Origin: Octopus vulgaris
Lineage: Eukaryota
DNA: 64,000 nt
Reading direction: 5' to 3'
Assembly: GCA_951406725.2 (NCBI GenBank)
Contig: OX597817.1
Location: 153,388,001-153,452,000 of the forward strand
Part shown: in pieces, positions 26,333 through 42,470 of the stretch
Position numbering within the stretch: position 1 is the first letter of the stretch
Layout of the letters: every line of letters starts with the position of its first letter
Program-made: the position numbers and the translations under genes
Notes under the pieces: generated by a model
The model's database searches: none
Told to the model about the DNA's origin: nothing
What the model saw: only the letters and a program-made list of their open reading frames with translations

Positions 26333-26644
26333 TGTGTGGTAAGTAGGTTGCTTACCAGTCACGTTGTTCCGGGTTCACTCCGACTGCGTGGCACCTTGGG
26401 CAAATGTCTTCTACTATAACCTCGGGCCGACCAAAGCCTTGTGAGTAGATTTGGTAGAGGGAAACTGAAAGAAGCCCGTCGTATATATGTATATATACAT
26501 ACCAAAGCCTTGTGAGTGGATTTGGTAGACGGAAACTGAAAGAAGCCCGTCGTATATATGTATATATATATATGCGTGTGTGTGTTTGTGCTCCAGCATG
26601 GCCGCTGTCAAATGACTGAAACAAGTAAAAGAGAAAAGAGAAAG

Positions 26645-26737
<93 letters not shown>

Positions 26738-26912
26738 ATCCTCCCACCATCTCCTGACAACCGATGGTGGTGTGTGTACGTCTCAGTAACTTAGTGGTTC
26801 GGCAAAAGACATCGATAGAATAAGTACAAAAATTAAGTCCTGGAGTCGATTTGTTCGACTAAAGGCGTTGCTCCAGCATGGCTGAAGTCAAATGACTGAA
26901 ACAAGTAAAAGA
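26333..26912 (+). mobile_element. Rearranged SINE family B pieces (internal duplication, two tails)
   Basis: The ACCAAAGCCTTG..CCCGTCGTATAT segment is duplicated; tails end at 26640 and 26912. Confidence 0.8.
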
Positions 26913-26930
26913 ATATATGTATGTATATAT

Positions 26931-27231
26931 ATCACCTTGACCGACCAGGTTATCAGATGTTGTTACACATCGCTGGTCACAATGTGCTTCGCATTGTTTT
27001 AGCATTTAAGTGACGCCACCCCGCTGGTTAAGCGAGCAGGCCAACAGAAGAAAGAGTGAGAGAAATTGGCGAAAGAGTACAACAGGGGTCGCCACCACCC
27101 CCTGCCGGAGCGTCGTGGAGCTTTAGGTGTTTTCGCTCAATAAACACTCACAACGCCCGGTCTGGGAATCGAAACCGCGATCCTACGACCGCGAGTCCGC
27201 TGCCCTAACCACTAGACCATTGCGCCTCCAC
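26931..27231 (-). mobile_element. SINE family A head with tail type 2
   Basis: Family A head plus tail TTGGCCTGCTCGCTTA.CCAGCGGGGTGGCGTCA..GTGACCAGCGATGTGTAACAACATCTGA; the same tail occurs at 35732. Confidence 0.88.
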
Positions 27232-27241
27232 ATGTGTGTGA

Positions 27242-27327
<86 letters not shown>

Positions 27328-27339
27328 GTACGTTTGAGC

Positions 27340-27376
<37 letters not shown>

Positions 27377-27817
27377 TTACATATATGTTTAGGTAAAACA
27401 AGAGGGAGGTTAGGGGTGGACAGCTGTAGTAGTAGTAGTTGTAGTGCGAGGAAAAGTACACAGATAAGCGGTCCTCTCTATCTATCTGTCTATCTATCTA
27501 TCTATCTATCCATCTTTCTATCTATCTATCTATCCATCTATCCGTTGTAATATACGTGTGCATGTGTGTGTATGCATATGTTTGTGTGCGTGTGTGTGTG
27601 CATGTGTGTGTGTGTGTGTATGTCTACTGGTGTGTGCGTGTGTGTGTGTAAGGGTGTGCATTGGTGTGTGTATGTGTTTGGATGTGTGAGCTTCTGAGCG
27701 GGCGAGTATATTACGCGTTTGATGTGCATATGTTTGTGTGAGTATATTTACTTCACACATGTTAATATATATGTATACGCGTGTGCATCATTTATCTGTG
27801 ATTCTGTATAGCGATTC

Positions 27818-27851
<34 letters not shown>

Positions 27852-27894
27852 CGCGAGTGTGTGCGTGTGCGTGTGCGTGTGTGCATATACATAC

Positions 27895-27964
<70 letters not shown>

Positions 27965-27965
27965 G

Positions 27966-27996
<31 letters not shown>

Positions 27997-28139
27997 GGGC
28001 TTCTTTCAGTTTCCCTCTACCAATTCCACTCACAAAGTTTTGGTCCGCTCGAGTCTATAGTAGAAAGCACCTGCCCAAGGTGCCACGCAGTGGGACTAAA
28101 CCCGGAACTATGTAGCTGGGAAGCAAGCTACTTACCACG
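27997..28139 (-). mobile_element. SINE family B, 5' half
   Basis: GGGCTTCTTTCAGTTTCC..CCCAAGGTGCCACGCAGTGGGACT. Confidence 0.8.
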
Positions 28140-28167
28140 CATACGCACACGCATATACATACATACA

Positions 28168-28201
<34 letters not shown>

Positions 28202-28215
28202 CATACATACGTATG

Positions 28216-28247
<32 letters not shown>

Positions 28248-28295
28248 TGTATGTATATATATGCACTCAGGAACAGTTATGCAAAGACACACACA

Positions 28296-28364
<69 letters not shown>

Positions 28365-28378
28365 AAGAAATATAGATT

Positions 28379-28428
<50 letters not shown>

Positions 28429-28861
28429 CACATTGATAGATAGATTGGTGGGTATATAGATATCTACGTGCGTGTATTTCTGTATGCGAGCAAGATATTT
28501 GTATATGAATACACATATTTGTTTGTGTGTGCGTGTGTGTGTGTGTCTGTCCGCGTATGTGTATGCGTGTGCGTATTGTTTGCGTATGTGTGCGTGATTG
28601 AAAAAGTCACGCGCACTTCGTCGGTGGTAGTGAAGGGTGGTGAGAAGGGGGTGGGAGTGGGTGGGTTTGTGAAAAGTAACGAGATCTTCTGGAGAGGTTC
28701 GAACGGATGGAGAGTCAAAAACACGCGCGTGCACACGCACACACGCATGCGCGTTGTTCGATTTACTCGGGTTGTGTGTGTGTGTGTGTGTGTTAGATAT
28801 TTGGTAAATAGTTAGGTGTACATATTCATAAATATACATACATACACACACCAACTATATA

Positions 28862-28996
<135 letters not shown>

Positions 28997-29124
28997 GAAC
29001 AACGAGAAACTCAGAGTAACAGATTTTGTTGAATTTTCTGCTGCTTAAAATAAAGCATATTACTCTACCACTGGTATTTGAGTACTCTTTTTTCCACCTT
29101 GTTTCACATTTATGTGTTTACTCC

Positions 29125-29182
<58 letters not shown>

Positions 29183-29210
29183 AGCATACATATACATATG
29201 TATGTACATA

Positions 29211-29256
<46 letters not shown>

Positions 29257-29293
29257 TACGTACATACATACAGACCCGCACACACACACTTGA

Positions 29294-29326
<33 letters not shown>

Positions 29327-29479
29327 CATGCATACACGTATATGTATTATCAGATGCAAATATATATACATTTACGTGTTTATTAGTTGTATATCTTAAT
29401 ATTTGTGCGAATAATTTTGTGTGTGTATATGCATGTACGTGCGTATGTATATATGCATGTATGCTTGTATGTATGTGTG

Positions 29480-29545
<66 letters not shown>

Positions 29546-29683
29546 CGAAAAGATTTTGTTTGTGTATGTATATAGGTACGTATGTATATTCTTGTACGCT
29601 AATACCTGTGCATGCTCAATATATTTTTGAAATTTAATTGATCAAATTAATAGTATGGAAATGTGTTACAAGATTTTCAGCAA

Positions 29684-29814
<131 letters not shown>

Positions 29815-30203
29815 ATATACATACGTATATAAGTATGCGCATGTGTGTATAGTTGTTGTTGTTGTGGTGGTGGTGGTGGTGGTGGTGATGATGGTTGTGG
29901 TCGTGACGGCGGTAGTGGTGATGTGTTGCATATGGAGGTAATGGAGAAATGGTAATAGCTCGGTAGCGCTGTGTGAATGGATGTCAGGAATTGCCAGGTA
30001 ATGAAATGGGGGTGGGGAGCAGCGGTTGGGGTTTGGGTGGTGGGAGTTGGTGGTTGGCGGGGTGGGAGTGTGGGTGTGGGTAGTGTGGGTCCACCGTGCT
30101 ACCACGTACATCGCAGATTAAATTGAAGCGTTTTCACTTCATTTCTCAACAGTTGGTTTTGGTGAAGATTCGCAAAATAATAATAATAATAATGATGATG
30201 ATG

Positions 30204-30242
<39 letters not shown>

Positions 30243-30359
30243 GAATAAAGAGGAAAAGAAGAAGAAGAAGAAGAAGAAGAAGAAGAAGAAGAAGAAGAAG
30301 AAGAAGAAGAAGAAGAGCAACCAAAAGAACGACAAGAGAAAACACATGACAGAGACACA

Positions 30360-30429
<70 letters not shown>

Positions 30430-30684
30430 TAAATAAAACATATGCATATATATATACATATATGTAAGGATTGACATCTAGATAGATGGATACACTCGTA
30501 TGTATGTATGTATGTATGTATGGATAGATGTAAGTAAAATGATGTATATATTAATATATACTTATATAGATATGTATGTACATATTTTGATATGCATATA
30601 TACTCACGTTACATACACACAAATATGCATATAAATATATATGTATATTTATATATCATATATATATATGCAGATATCTATAAG

Positions 30685-30716
<32 letters not shown>

Positions 30717-30849
30717 CTGCACACATACGCACACATACGTGCGCGCGCGCACACACACATGCACACACACATGCACACACACATGCACACACATACACAC
30801 ACGCACGCACAGCTGACAGATAGCAAGACGGACAGATAAGTAGGTAGAT

Positions 30850-31002
<153 letters not shown>

Positions 31003-31981
31003 AGAAGATGGATGGATAGACAGACAGATGGGTAGATACACTTGTTGACTGCTATGAGAGTAGATAGATAAAATGTAAAGATTAAGCTGGAACGCAGATA
31101 AGTTTAAAGAAGTTAATTCAGCCATATTGATAGACTGACAGAATGACAGAATCCTAAACAGAATGAGAGAACGATAGAGCCGCATGATTGAGCGGAAGAT
31201 TCAAAGAAGATTGACAGAAAGGAAAGGAAGGAATAAGAAACTAGCGAAGAAGATTTGAAGGAAAGACAGACAAAAGGAATGAAGGAAAGAAGGAAGGATG
31301 AAAGAAAGAATGAAGAAATCTAAACAGAAGGTGCAGATGAATATTAAACACACAAGGAAAAAAATGATGTCATCTGCGATTTTGTTGCATATAGATTAGT
31401 AGCGGCCGTGGTATAACGGTGGTGTCATGGTGTTGTGTTCAAAGTACAGGCAGTAGTAACAGTCATGTATAATAGAAACGATGTAGTTGTTTGTTGTAGC
31501 GTTTATTCTACGTTGCTTTTTATTTTTGCAGGGCAATGGCGGCGGAGGCGGTGATGGATATCATGGCGCGGAGTGTTTATAATACGTTGATACTAATACA
31601 GCGTTTATCATATGTTTGTAGTGAGGGTGGTAGTTGTTTTATGGTTGCGGATGGTATAGTATAGTGTTGCGGTTGTGGCGATCTAGCATTTGTGGCTATT
31701 CAAATGATGGTATTGCGGATCTGGTGCTGACGTTATAAGTGGTGGTGTGGGTTGTGGTTGTAGTGGTACTAATAGGCGTCATTGTGGTACTGGTGTTGGT
31801 GGTAGTGATGGTGGTGATGGTGTATAATGTCGAGTTTATAAATCGAGCGGTAGTACTGCAGTAGTGTCCGTGTGTACACATGTACACACGCATAAGCATG
31901 CCTACACATGCGAGTGTACTCAAACACACACACACACACATATATATATATGCGTGTATGTATGTATCAGTGAGTATTTAC

Positions 31982-32041
<60 letters not shown>

Positions 32042-32223
32042 AGATAGATACTTACATACATTGATACATATGTAAATGCATATACATGAACATACGTAGA
32101 ACATACACTCACATACAAGCATATGCGTAAAACACACACACAAATACATACATGCATACATTCATACCCACACATATATGCCTACATACAGACATATATA
32201 TATATACACAAAAATATTTACAT

Positions 32224-32258
<35 letters not shown>

Positions 32259-32260
32259 AT

Positions 32261-32502
32261 TTGCAGCATGGAAGGTATTTATAAGCCATCTAAAAACACA
32301 AAAACCGTTAGATTCACTTCAACATTTAAATTTAATTTGTCAAAATGTCTGTGTCGCTTCGAAACCGCGACCTGTTCATTGACAAAATTTCTCGACCTGT
32401 TCACGGTCGAAAATATTTTGACAAATCAAATTTAAATGTTGAAGTGAATCTAACGGTTTTTACGTGTTTTTAAATGGCTTATAAACACCTTCCACGCTGC
32501 AA
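32261..32502. repeat. Long inverted repeat (~86-bp arms), probable Penelope-like terminal-repeat remnant
   Basis: Arm 32261-32346 is the near-perfect reverse complement of 32415-32502. Confidence 0.85.
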
Positions 32503-32611
32503 TTGTTTTTGTTTCAGCACACAATCTCAGATCAGGTTACTTGTTATGCAAGTACATCTCCGTAATATTCATACATACATACATACATACATACATACAT
32601 ACATACATACA

Positions 32612-32646
<35 letters not shown>

Positions 32647-32871
32647 GTATATATATATATATATATACCGACGCAGTACCGGTCAGAACGATGGTTTTCA
32701 TTTCGATCTTCTTTCAGTAAGTTTTAATATTTTTTCCTTCCAGCATTACTCCATTTCTTTCTTAGGTTTCATTCTACCTTCTTTCAGTTATTATTATTCT
32801 TTTTACCTCCTCTCACTCATTCTCATAATTCTGACTGCCTCACTCACCTATTTTATTATTTCTCTTCTCTA

Positions 32872-33325
32872 AGGCAACAGGCTGGTAGAATTATTAGAGC
32901 TTGGGATAGAACACCTTGCGGTTTTTGTTCTGGCTCCTAGTTTTCGAATCCCAACGGAGATAACTTTGCCTTTATCACGTCATGGGCAGGGTTTAAAGTG
33001 CAAAGTAACAGTCAAGGGGTCAATGGTATTGAACAATCCCATCCCCTCAAAATTGTTAGTCTAGTGCCTTATCAGAAATCATTATTTCTTCTCAACCTAA
33101 GGGGTCGTACTGGCAGAATCGTCACCGCGTTGGCAAAATTAATGCGTAACGGCATTAATTTCGGCTTTTCGTTCTGAGTTCAAATGCCACCAGGGTCAAT
33201 TTTGCCTTTCCTCCCCGTGGCCTCAATAGGAATAAGTTTAATTTGAGCACTTGGGTCAATCAAATGGACTGGTCCCTTCCCACAAAATTTGAGGCATTAG
33301 ACCAAAATTAGAAAGGATTATTTCC
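32872..33325 (+). mobile_element. Two old family C-related SINE copies in tandem
   Basis: CTGGCAGAATCGT..GTTCTGAGTTCAAAT..TTTGCCTTT motifs, strongly diverged. Confidence 0.6.
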
Positions 33326-33992
33326 ACTTTTCTTCTGCATCCATGAAATTTTCCTTTATTTTCTCCAATACATGAAAATTCTTCTCCACCTCTTCTCTTT
33401 ATTCCCGAGTGTCTTCTCAGTTTGATATCATCCAAGAATTTTCTTTCTCTCTACCTCCCATCTCACTTTGCCAGTCTTCTACCTATGTATTTAACTATCT
33501 AATCATTCACTTTTTAGAATACAATTTTTTCTCTCTCACCTCTCTCAGCAGAACCACTGCTTTCCCCTTCAGGCATGAGTGACAAAGGAAACCACTTAAT
33601 AAAAATTTAATGCACAGCTTACCGTTATACTCTCGAACACACACAAACACACACACGTGCACGCATGCGCACACACAGAGACACGCACATACACGTGCAC
33701 GTACGCACACACACACACACACACACACAAACTATTTGGGAGGTACTTGTCGCTACTCTGAAGTTTCGTTTGCGTGTTCGACTGATCACCGAGCAAATTA
33801 TGATACTCTAGTATAGTATTGAGCACTCTTTCTTCCGATCGTCAACATTAAACTTACACATGAAATCACAGACACACAAACATACACACACACACACGCA
33901 CATACACACACACCACGTGAATGTATGTACATATGTGTCTATATATATATATACATCCATGTATATATATATATAAGTATATATATACATAC

Positions 33993-34047
<55 letters not shown>

Positions 34048-34051
34048 GTAT

Positions 34052-34098
<47 letters not shown>

Positions 34099-34567
34099 CA
34101 TACGCATATATATGTATAGTTAGATAGACACATAAGTAAACGTCTACTCTGCATACGCATTCATATATCTTTTACACACACACACGCTCACACACATATG
34201 CAAATATGTTTGCCTATATGCCTTTATCACTATACGTGAGCAGTCATGCACGTGGACGGGTGTGCAGGAGCACCCGAATATGCGTGTGGGTGTACATATA
34301 GATACAATATTTGCAATAAACTATAGATGGATATTTAGTCACATGCATATGAATTGCGAGTGCGCGCGCGCACACACACACACACTCACAGACACATATA
34401 TAAACACACATATATTCACACGCGTACACATCCATACATATGTGTACGTATTTATGTGTGTGTGTTTGTGTATGTGCATGTATGTGTAGCTTTATGTCTG
34501 TTGGAATGCGTGAGTTACAAGTAATACACACACACACACACACACACATATATTTATACGCATACAT

Positions 34568-34618
<51 letters not shown>

Positions 34619-35016
34619 ATATTTATTTATTGTTTTATAGAAAAATATTCTACACAGATTCATGTGATCAAGTGTGTGTGTGTGTGTGTATGTATGCATC
34701 TGTGTGTGCACATGTGCGTATGTGTGTGTGCATATGCGTTTGTGTGTGTGCGTCTGAGGCAAAGTGCGTGTGTGTGTATGTTTCTTCCTGTGTGCGTGCA
34801 TGTGTATGTGTGTGCGTGTGTGTGCGTGTGTGATAAAGTGTGTATATGTGTGTGTGATAAAGTGTGTATATGTGTGTGTGTGCGTGCATCTGTGAGGGAA
34901 AATGTGCGTGTGTGTATGTGCGTATGTGTGTGCGCGTTCGTGTGATCAAGTGTGTGTGTGAGAGAGAGTCTGTAAGGTTAAGTGCGTCTGCGTGTATGTG
35001 CGTGCGTGTGTGTTTC

Positions 35017-35077
<61 letters not shown>

Positions 35078-35700
35078 CCAAGTGTGTGTGTATGTGTGTG
35101 TGTGTGCGTGCACGCGCGCTTGAATGGGGTTGTGTGCCTATGATAGCTTTCAGTGTTTATCTATTTGCGGATGTTTGCATTTTAAATGTTCGCGGACATT
35201 ATGATCAATGTGGTTTCCACCATGACCACCATGTAGATTTACATATCGGTGAATACCTCTTGATATGTGTACTACCTTACTCCATACCCTACATTGCTGT
35301 AGGGTGTGATAAGACGGAGATTGGTTGTTCTTTCTAGCAAGTCAGGTGGATTGACCACGTACAGGGACACTCACCATCATAGTAGCTATTTGATCAATGC
35401 ATTTACATATATATGTTTGCGGTGGCTTTTGAATATGTATCTGTGTGTGTGTATGTGTGTGTGTGTATGTGTGTGTGTGTGTGTATGTGTGACGGATTTA
35501 TTCATATGTATGTGCCTGTACATATATGCAAAAGTGTTGGTGAGTGTGTATGTTGAAGTGCGTGAATGATTGCTTATGTGTTGATATTAATTTGCATGGC
35601 GACACTGGCGTATGTTTATTTATATATACGTATTATAATAAGAGATACACTGGTGTGTGTGTATGTGTGTGTGCGTGTGTGCATGCGTGTTGCATGTGTA

Positions 35701-35731
<31 letters not shown>

Positions 35732-35739
<8 letters not shown>

Positions 35740-36021
35740 ATCACGTGACCGACCAGACCATCAGATGTTGTTACACATCGCTGGTCACAATGCGTTCGAA
35801 TGACGCCACCCCGCTGGCTAAGCGAGCAGGCCAACAGAAGAAAGAGTGAGAGGAAGAGTGGTGAAAGAGTACAGCAGGGATCACCACCCCCCCCCCCCTG
35901 CCGGAGCCTCGTGGAGCTTTTAGGTGTTTTCGCTCAATAAACACTCACAACACCCCGGTCTGGGAATCGAAACCGCGATCCTGCGACCGCGAGTCCGCTG
36001 CCCTAACCACTAGGCCATTGC

Positions 36022-36023
<2 letters not shown>
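35732..36023 (-). mobile_element. SINE family A head with tail type 2
   Basis: Matches the 26931 copy; tail ends in CACGTGAT repeats and (TA)n. Confidence 0.88.
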
Positions 36024-36101
<78 letters not shown>

Positions 36102-36355
36102 ATGAATGCGTTCGGTTCCATATCGTCATACACATACACACTACAAACACACATGCATATATGTATAGTCGCTGTCACGTATGCGTATGTTGGTATCTAT
36201 GAGTGCGTGTGCGTATATATGCACACACGCATACGCACATGCATATATACATACACACATATATGTGTGTTCAAGCATGCACTTTCGCATACACATACGT
36301 ATGTTCATCTACATCGGTTTTGCATTATTTATCTACACACACACAAACGACTACC

Positions 36356-36411
<56 letters not shown>

Positions 36412-37108
36412 AAAGCACACATACATACATACATACATACAACATACAACTAACGCGCGCGCGCGTATTTAAACAGCTAACGCCACCTACGCTCATCTGA
36501 ACACCTACGCGTTACAACCATCTCACACATCTCGAGTCATCCTAAACACCATTGAAACAGATATGCAGCTTCGATTCACCATCTACACACCGCATGCCAT
36601 ATACATCTTCATATATACACATCGATCTACACACATACATACACACTGTTTACGCGTCATATACACTCGTATCTTAACATACACACCGTATGCCTTGCAT
36701 ACACACTTGCACCATCTCACACATACACACAGACAGACACGCGCTCGCACCGACTCATGCACTTACAGGCTATATACACTCGCATCTTAACATACGCACA
36801 AATCGATGCTCTCGTGCAGCTGCTATGCATCTTCTACGCACCTTCAACACCCGTTCGCATACAGAGGTATACTTACTACATATGCGCACACATGTCATAC
36901 ATCACATACGCTCTGCGTACCCGCTATACACACTGATACTTCGAAGTATACACACCCATACACACTCCCCTCATACCTATGCACCAGCTATACCCGTTCA
37001 CATACACAGCTATACTTCAACACACACACACACACACACACACTCACACACACATTCACACACACACGCACATATATATGCACGCACACATATAAATATA
37101 TACACACG

Positions 37109-37177
<69 letters not shown>

Positions 37178-38597
37178 GTCTGTCTGTCCATACATACATC
37201 CATACACCAGATGGCGTACAAGTTACATACTATGTTATATACTATGTCTAAACATGCCATACGCTATGTTATACACTGTGGCTAAACACCATACGCATTT
37301 AAAATTTTACACTCATATATCTACACATATACTTACATACCTGTATGTATCACCTAAACACCTTTTGAACACCTGTATAAAAACTCACACCTTCACATAC
37401 GTATATATCTTTACACACACATACACACGCTCGCATGTGCACCGACCCCTCCCTCAAACACACACACACACACACCCTCACTCGCACACATTTATACACG
37501 CACACACACACACACACACTCCTTCATATAAATCTGCTTTGACAAATGCATATAGATTTGCAGTCTAGTACACATTCATACACATATATACGTTTATACA
37601 CACACACACACAACACATACACACACACTCACTCACTCACACACACACACGCACGCAGACACACACACCTTCATACGTGTACACCTTCACAGGTACACAT
37701 TCTTTAAAACACACGTTCACACATATGTACACGCACACACATTCACACACACTTATACACACGCACGTTCACACATACATATACCTTCATACACTAACAC
37801 ACCTTCGTAAATATATACACCTGTATGCACATACACACGAATGCACACGTATAACTCCACACAAATATCATGCACACACACACACACACACACACCTTTA
37901 CACATGCGCACACCTTTCACACGCACAAACCTTCACATACCTTCGCACACAAACACACTCATACTGACAACACTGACAGAAACTCACACTTGCATACACA
38001 TATACGCCCATACAAATACGTTCCTACATACACACATCTTCATCTTCATACACACTCCTACAAAGAGTATACATCTACCATCTTCCTCATATTATCCTCA
38101 GGGAGAGAGAGAGAGGAAAAAAGAGAGAGAGAGGAACAGAGTGAGAGAGAGAAGAGGGAGGGAGAGAAAATCAGAGAGAGAGAGAGAGAAAGGAAGAGGA
38201 AGAGAGAGAGAGAGAGAGGAAGAGGGAGTGAGAGAGAGGAAGAGAGAGTGAGAGACAGTGAGAGTGTAAGGCATATTCACACACACACACACGCACGCAC
38301 ATAAGCACACACCAGAAACAAAGAAATGGATCTCCGTCGATTTCGACGATAAGTAGTTCACTTGTTCAACCAACTATACACATTATGCATACCTACACAC
38401 CTTAACATGCATATGCATGCACATAGATACACACACGCGCACACACGTATAGACATGCGTACATACATACACACGCAGTCTTTAACTCAACGGGTAAGTA
38501 GACGAGTATTCCACAGACACAGGTATCCTTAATAATGGTCCTAATGATCCTCAGGTAAACGCAGTGTGAGTGTGTGTGTGAATATGTGTGTGTGTGA

Positions 38598-38628
<31 letters not shown>

Positions 38629-38723
38629 ATAGAGGAGGGGCTTCTACTAACATGTTCAATCCCTTTTAAGTAGGGCTTTCATATGACTTCCGTTCCCCTT
38701 ATTTCACTCGACACCGAAATTAA

Positions 38724-38939
38724 TCTTTTATCTCTTTGCTTGTTTCAGTCATTCATTGCACTGTGGCCATGTTGGAGCACCACCTTGAAAAATTTTAGTC
38801 GACCAAATCTAACCAAGTACCCATTTTTAAAATTCGATTAGTCTTTTTTGTCGAACTGCTAGGTGACGAGAACGTAAACATCATCGACACAGCTTTGTCA
38901 AGTGGTGGTGAAGTACAAACACAAAACCACACACACATA

Positions 38940-38973
<34 letters not shown>

Positions 38974-39052
38974 CATGTATATATACATATATATATTTAT
39001 GTATATGTTATATATATATATATATACATCGGCCTATCTATCTATCTGTCTG

Positions 39053-39094
<42 letters not shown>

Positions 39095-39300
39095 GATCTA
39101 TCTATCGATCTATCTATCTATCGATCTATCTATCTACCTATGACATGCATCTTTCAGCTTCCGTCTACCAAATCCACTCACAAGGTGTTAATCAGCCGGA
39201 GGCTTGTTGTATGAGACACCCTCCCAAGCAATCACACAGTGGAACTGAACCCGGAAGCATGTGACCAGGAAGCAAACATCTTACGACACAGCCGCACCTG
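38724..39300 (-). mobile_element. Diverged SINE family B with expanded internal microsatellite
   Basis: Tail at 38724-38930 and head at 39150-39300, separated by ~220 bp of (TA)/(TCTA). Confidence 0.75.
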
Positions 39301-40901
39301 TTAAGGTAAAAACAAAAAAATAAAAGACAAAGGTATGAGTCCAAGATGTCATGCAATGGAATCGATCTTGAATCCTTGCGAAACAACGTGACAGACAAAT
39401 TGACAGAAACACTTAAATAAATAAATAAATAAATAAATAAAAACACAGACACCTTCATATGCACACCTGTGTACACGCATATATAAAACTTCCAAAACAC
39501 ACATACACACACATACACACGCACAATCACACACATATTTTCATATAGCTACACACTGTACACATAAGTACACACTTTTACACACGCATTATATATACAC
39601 ACGTACCTAAACACAACCGAATACATCCTACACACTTTCACACCTACATACAGAAATACTTACCTGTGAACACACCTACACGCCCACGTACGCATACCAA
39701 CACATACATACACACCGAAGCTTACAGAACCTCCTTCATATAACCACACACGTACACACACACACACACACACTTACACATATGCATACACATATAATTT
39801 TCATGTCTACACACACGTCCTACCCACACTAAGCACGTGCTCGTGCGTACACGCCCACACGGCTCCATTGAAGCGCTCACTATCATACAACACTACATAC
39901 ACATACACACACTCACACACACATACACGTACATGGAGACACACATACACTTTCGTAGAGTCACATGCAGATACACACGCATACAGTTTCACGCCTACAC
40001 GTTCACACACACACGCACATATGTACATATACAACGACACATCTTCGCACACATTCTAAGCCGCTCAACCTACGCACTTACACCTGAACACATACATCCA
40101 CAGGTACATATAAAACCATAGAAACACACACACACACACATATATATATGCACACACACACACATATATATATATGCACACACACATATGCATACATACA
40201 CACACCTGCACACAACTTTACACCTACGCACCAACACATAATCACACAAGCGCACACACATACATAGATATATACCCACAACTATGCACGCAGAGAAGCT
40301 ATACAACCTACGCACTAACACATGAACACAAACACACTAATACATATAAAGCCACAGAAGCACACCTTTTCGTGTACATACGCACACGCCTCACACACTA
40401 TCTCTAATACACAAAAGCACTAACATACTATCTCTCAGAAATGCATATATACATACATACATACAGCATACACACGTACATAGACACATACACACCTACA
40501 CATATAGAGCCATTCATGAGCTCGCTTTCATATACATACACACGCACACATTCACACCTACGCGAGCCAGTGCGTGGGTATTTACGTGGTCAGTGGAATT
40601 TTCAGAAATAGCAGCCAAGTCTTCTTCAAATCACACTCGCTGGCACGTTGCAAAGGGAGGATCGAACTGGGTGATGTCGTTTTCAATAAACAATATTGGT
40701 GGGGGTGGGGTGGGGAGAATGGGTTGGTCATGACCAGAATGCCTTCGACAATTGGCTTTGACTGACGAGGACGACTTGGGGGTGGGTGGGGTTAAGCAAC
40801 CACCACCACCACTACCACCACACCATCACGACCACTAAAACGACAACCATCATCATCATCATCATCATCATCATCACCATCATCATCAGCTGCAGCAGCA
40901 A

Positions 40902-41260
40902 GTGGAGGTGCAATGGCCCAGTGGTTAAGCCAGCGGACTCGCGGTTTCGATTCCCAGACCGGGCGTTGTGTGTGTTTATTGAGAAAAAACACCTAAAGCT
41001 CCACGAGGCTCCGGCAGGGGGTGGTGACGACCCCTGTTGTACTCTTTCGCTCCAACTTTCTCTCATTCTTTCTTCTTGTTTCTTGTCCCCGACGTCCTAC
41101 GTAACCGCTGAGACTGGATGCGCATTCATCCATCCGTCGATGCTCTCGGTGCCGGGGGTTGACCTGCTTTCTCTTTTGCGGGTCTTACGAATAGCAAAAG
41201 AACCACGAATCGGACTTCTCCCACTGCGAGCTCTGGGACGAAGACCGCTTCACTCAACAG
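40902..41260 (+). mobile_element. SINE family A head with tail type 3
   Basis: Family A head (with a small deletion), then a GC-rich tail not seen elsewhere in the window, ending in CAG repeats. Confidence 0.78.
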
Positions 41261-42038
41261 CAGCAGCAGTATCACCACCACCACCACCACCACTACCAAA
41301 ACCACCACCACCACCACCACCACCACAACCACCACCACCACAACCACCACCACACAACTACAATCTCAACCACATGAACGATAAATATTTGGACAGATTT
41401 GACATAGTGTGTAATAAAATTGCACCCTTTGTATTACAGGTACAATCGATCAGAGGGATTCCATACAGTTTCCATCTATCCAGATAGCGTTTGAGTTCCA
41501 GTCGCGCCAGAGTTGATATCGTTGTTTATCTTTCATCCTTTCGAGGTCGGTAAGTTAAGTACCAGTTACACACAAGGGTCAATGTAATTGACTAGTTCCC
41601 TCCCCCCAAATTTCAGGTCTTGTGCTTCAGTAGAAAGGATTATTATAAAAGGGCAGTGCATTGACAATTGTTAGTGTTGGACAATACTTGGCGTTATTTG
41701 CTTTGGTTCTTTACATTCTGAGTTCTAATCCCGCCGAGATCGACTTTGGCTATCAATCGATGTTGATAAAATAAAGTACCGGCCAAGTACTTCTATCGAG
41801 GGCATCAACTAAACCCCTTTTCTCAATTTCAGGTCTAGATGCTATTAAGAGTGGCGGCTTGGGAAAATCGTTAGAGCATCGGGGAAAATTCTCTGCAGCA
41901 TTTAGGCTGGCCCTTTACGCTCTGTGTTCAAACCCCGCCTACGTCAACTTTGTCTTTCAGCCTTTCGGTGAGAAAACCTGCAGATTAGGGCTGTTCTTTT
42001 AACCCCAAATTTCAGGCCTCTTGTCTACGCCAGAGCAG

Positions 42039-42079
<41 letters not shown>

Positions 42080-42081
<2 letters not shown>

Positions 42082-42470
42082 ATTGCCCACAAGAGGCTAA
42101 ACATAGAGGGGACAAACAAGGACAGACAAAGGGATTAAGTCGATTACATCGACCCCAGTATGTAAATGGTACTTAATTTATCGAGCCCGAAAGGAAAAAA
42201 AGGTAAAGTCGACCTCGGCGGAATTTGAACTCAGAACGTAACGGTAGATGATATAACCTATTTCTTTACTACCCACAAGGGGCTAAACACAGAAGGGACA
42301 AACATGGACAGACAAACGGATTAATTCGGTTTTATTGACCCCAGTGCGTAACTGGTACTTATTTAATTGACCCCGAAAGGATGAAAGGCAAAGTCGACCT
42401 CGGCGGAATTTGAACTCAGAACGTAACGGCAGACGAAATACGGCTAAGCATTTCTGCCAGCTCGCCGCCT
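42080..42470 (-). mobile_element. SINE family C dimer
   Basis: Two tandem units with one head. Confidence 0.88.

Noticed and set aside
31515-31590. Acceptor-like TTTTTGCAG followed by GNGGGGGDGYHG
   Set aside because: No good donor, early stop, and embedded in degenerate GGT repeats.
33755-33815. Another hammerhead (TTTGC..GCAAAC-GAAAC on minus strand)
   Set aside because: The CUGANGA half has three mismatches and there is no stem I.
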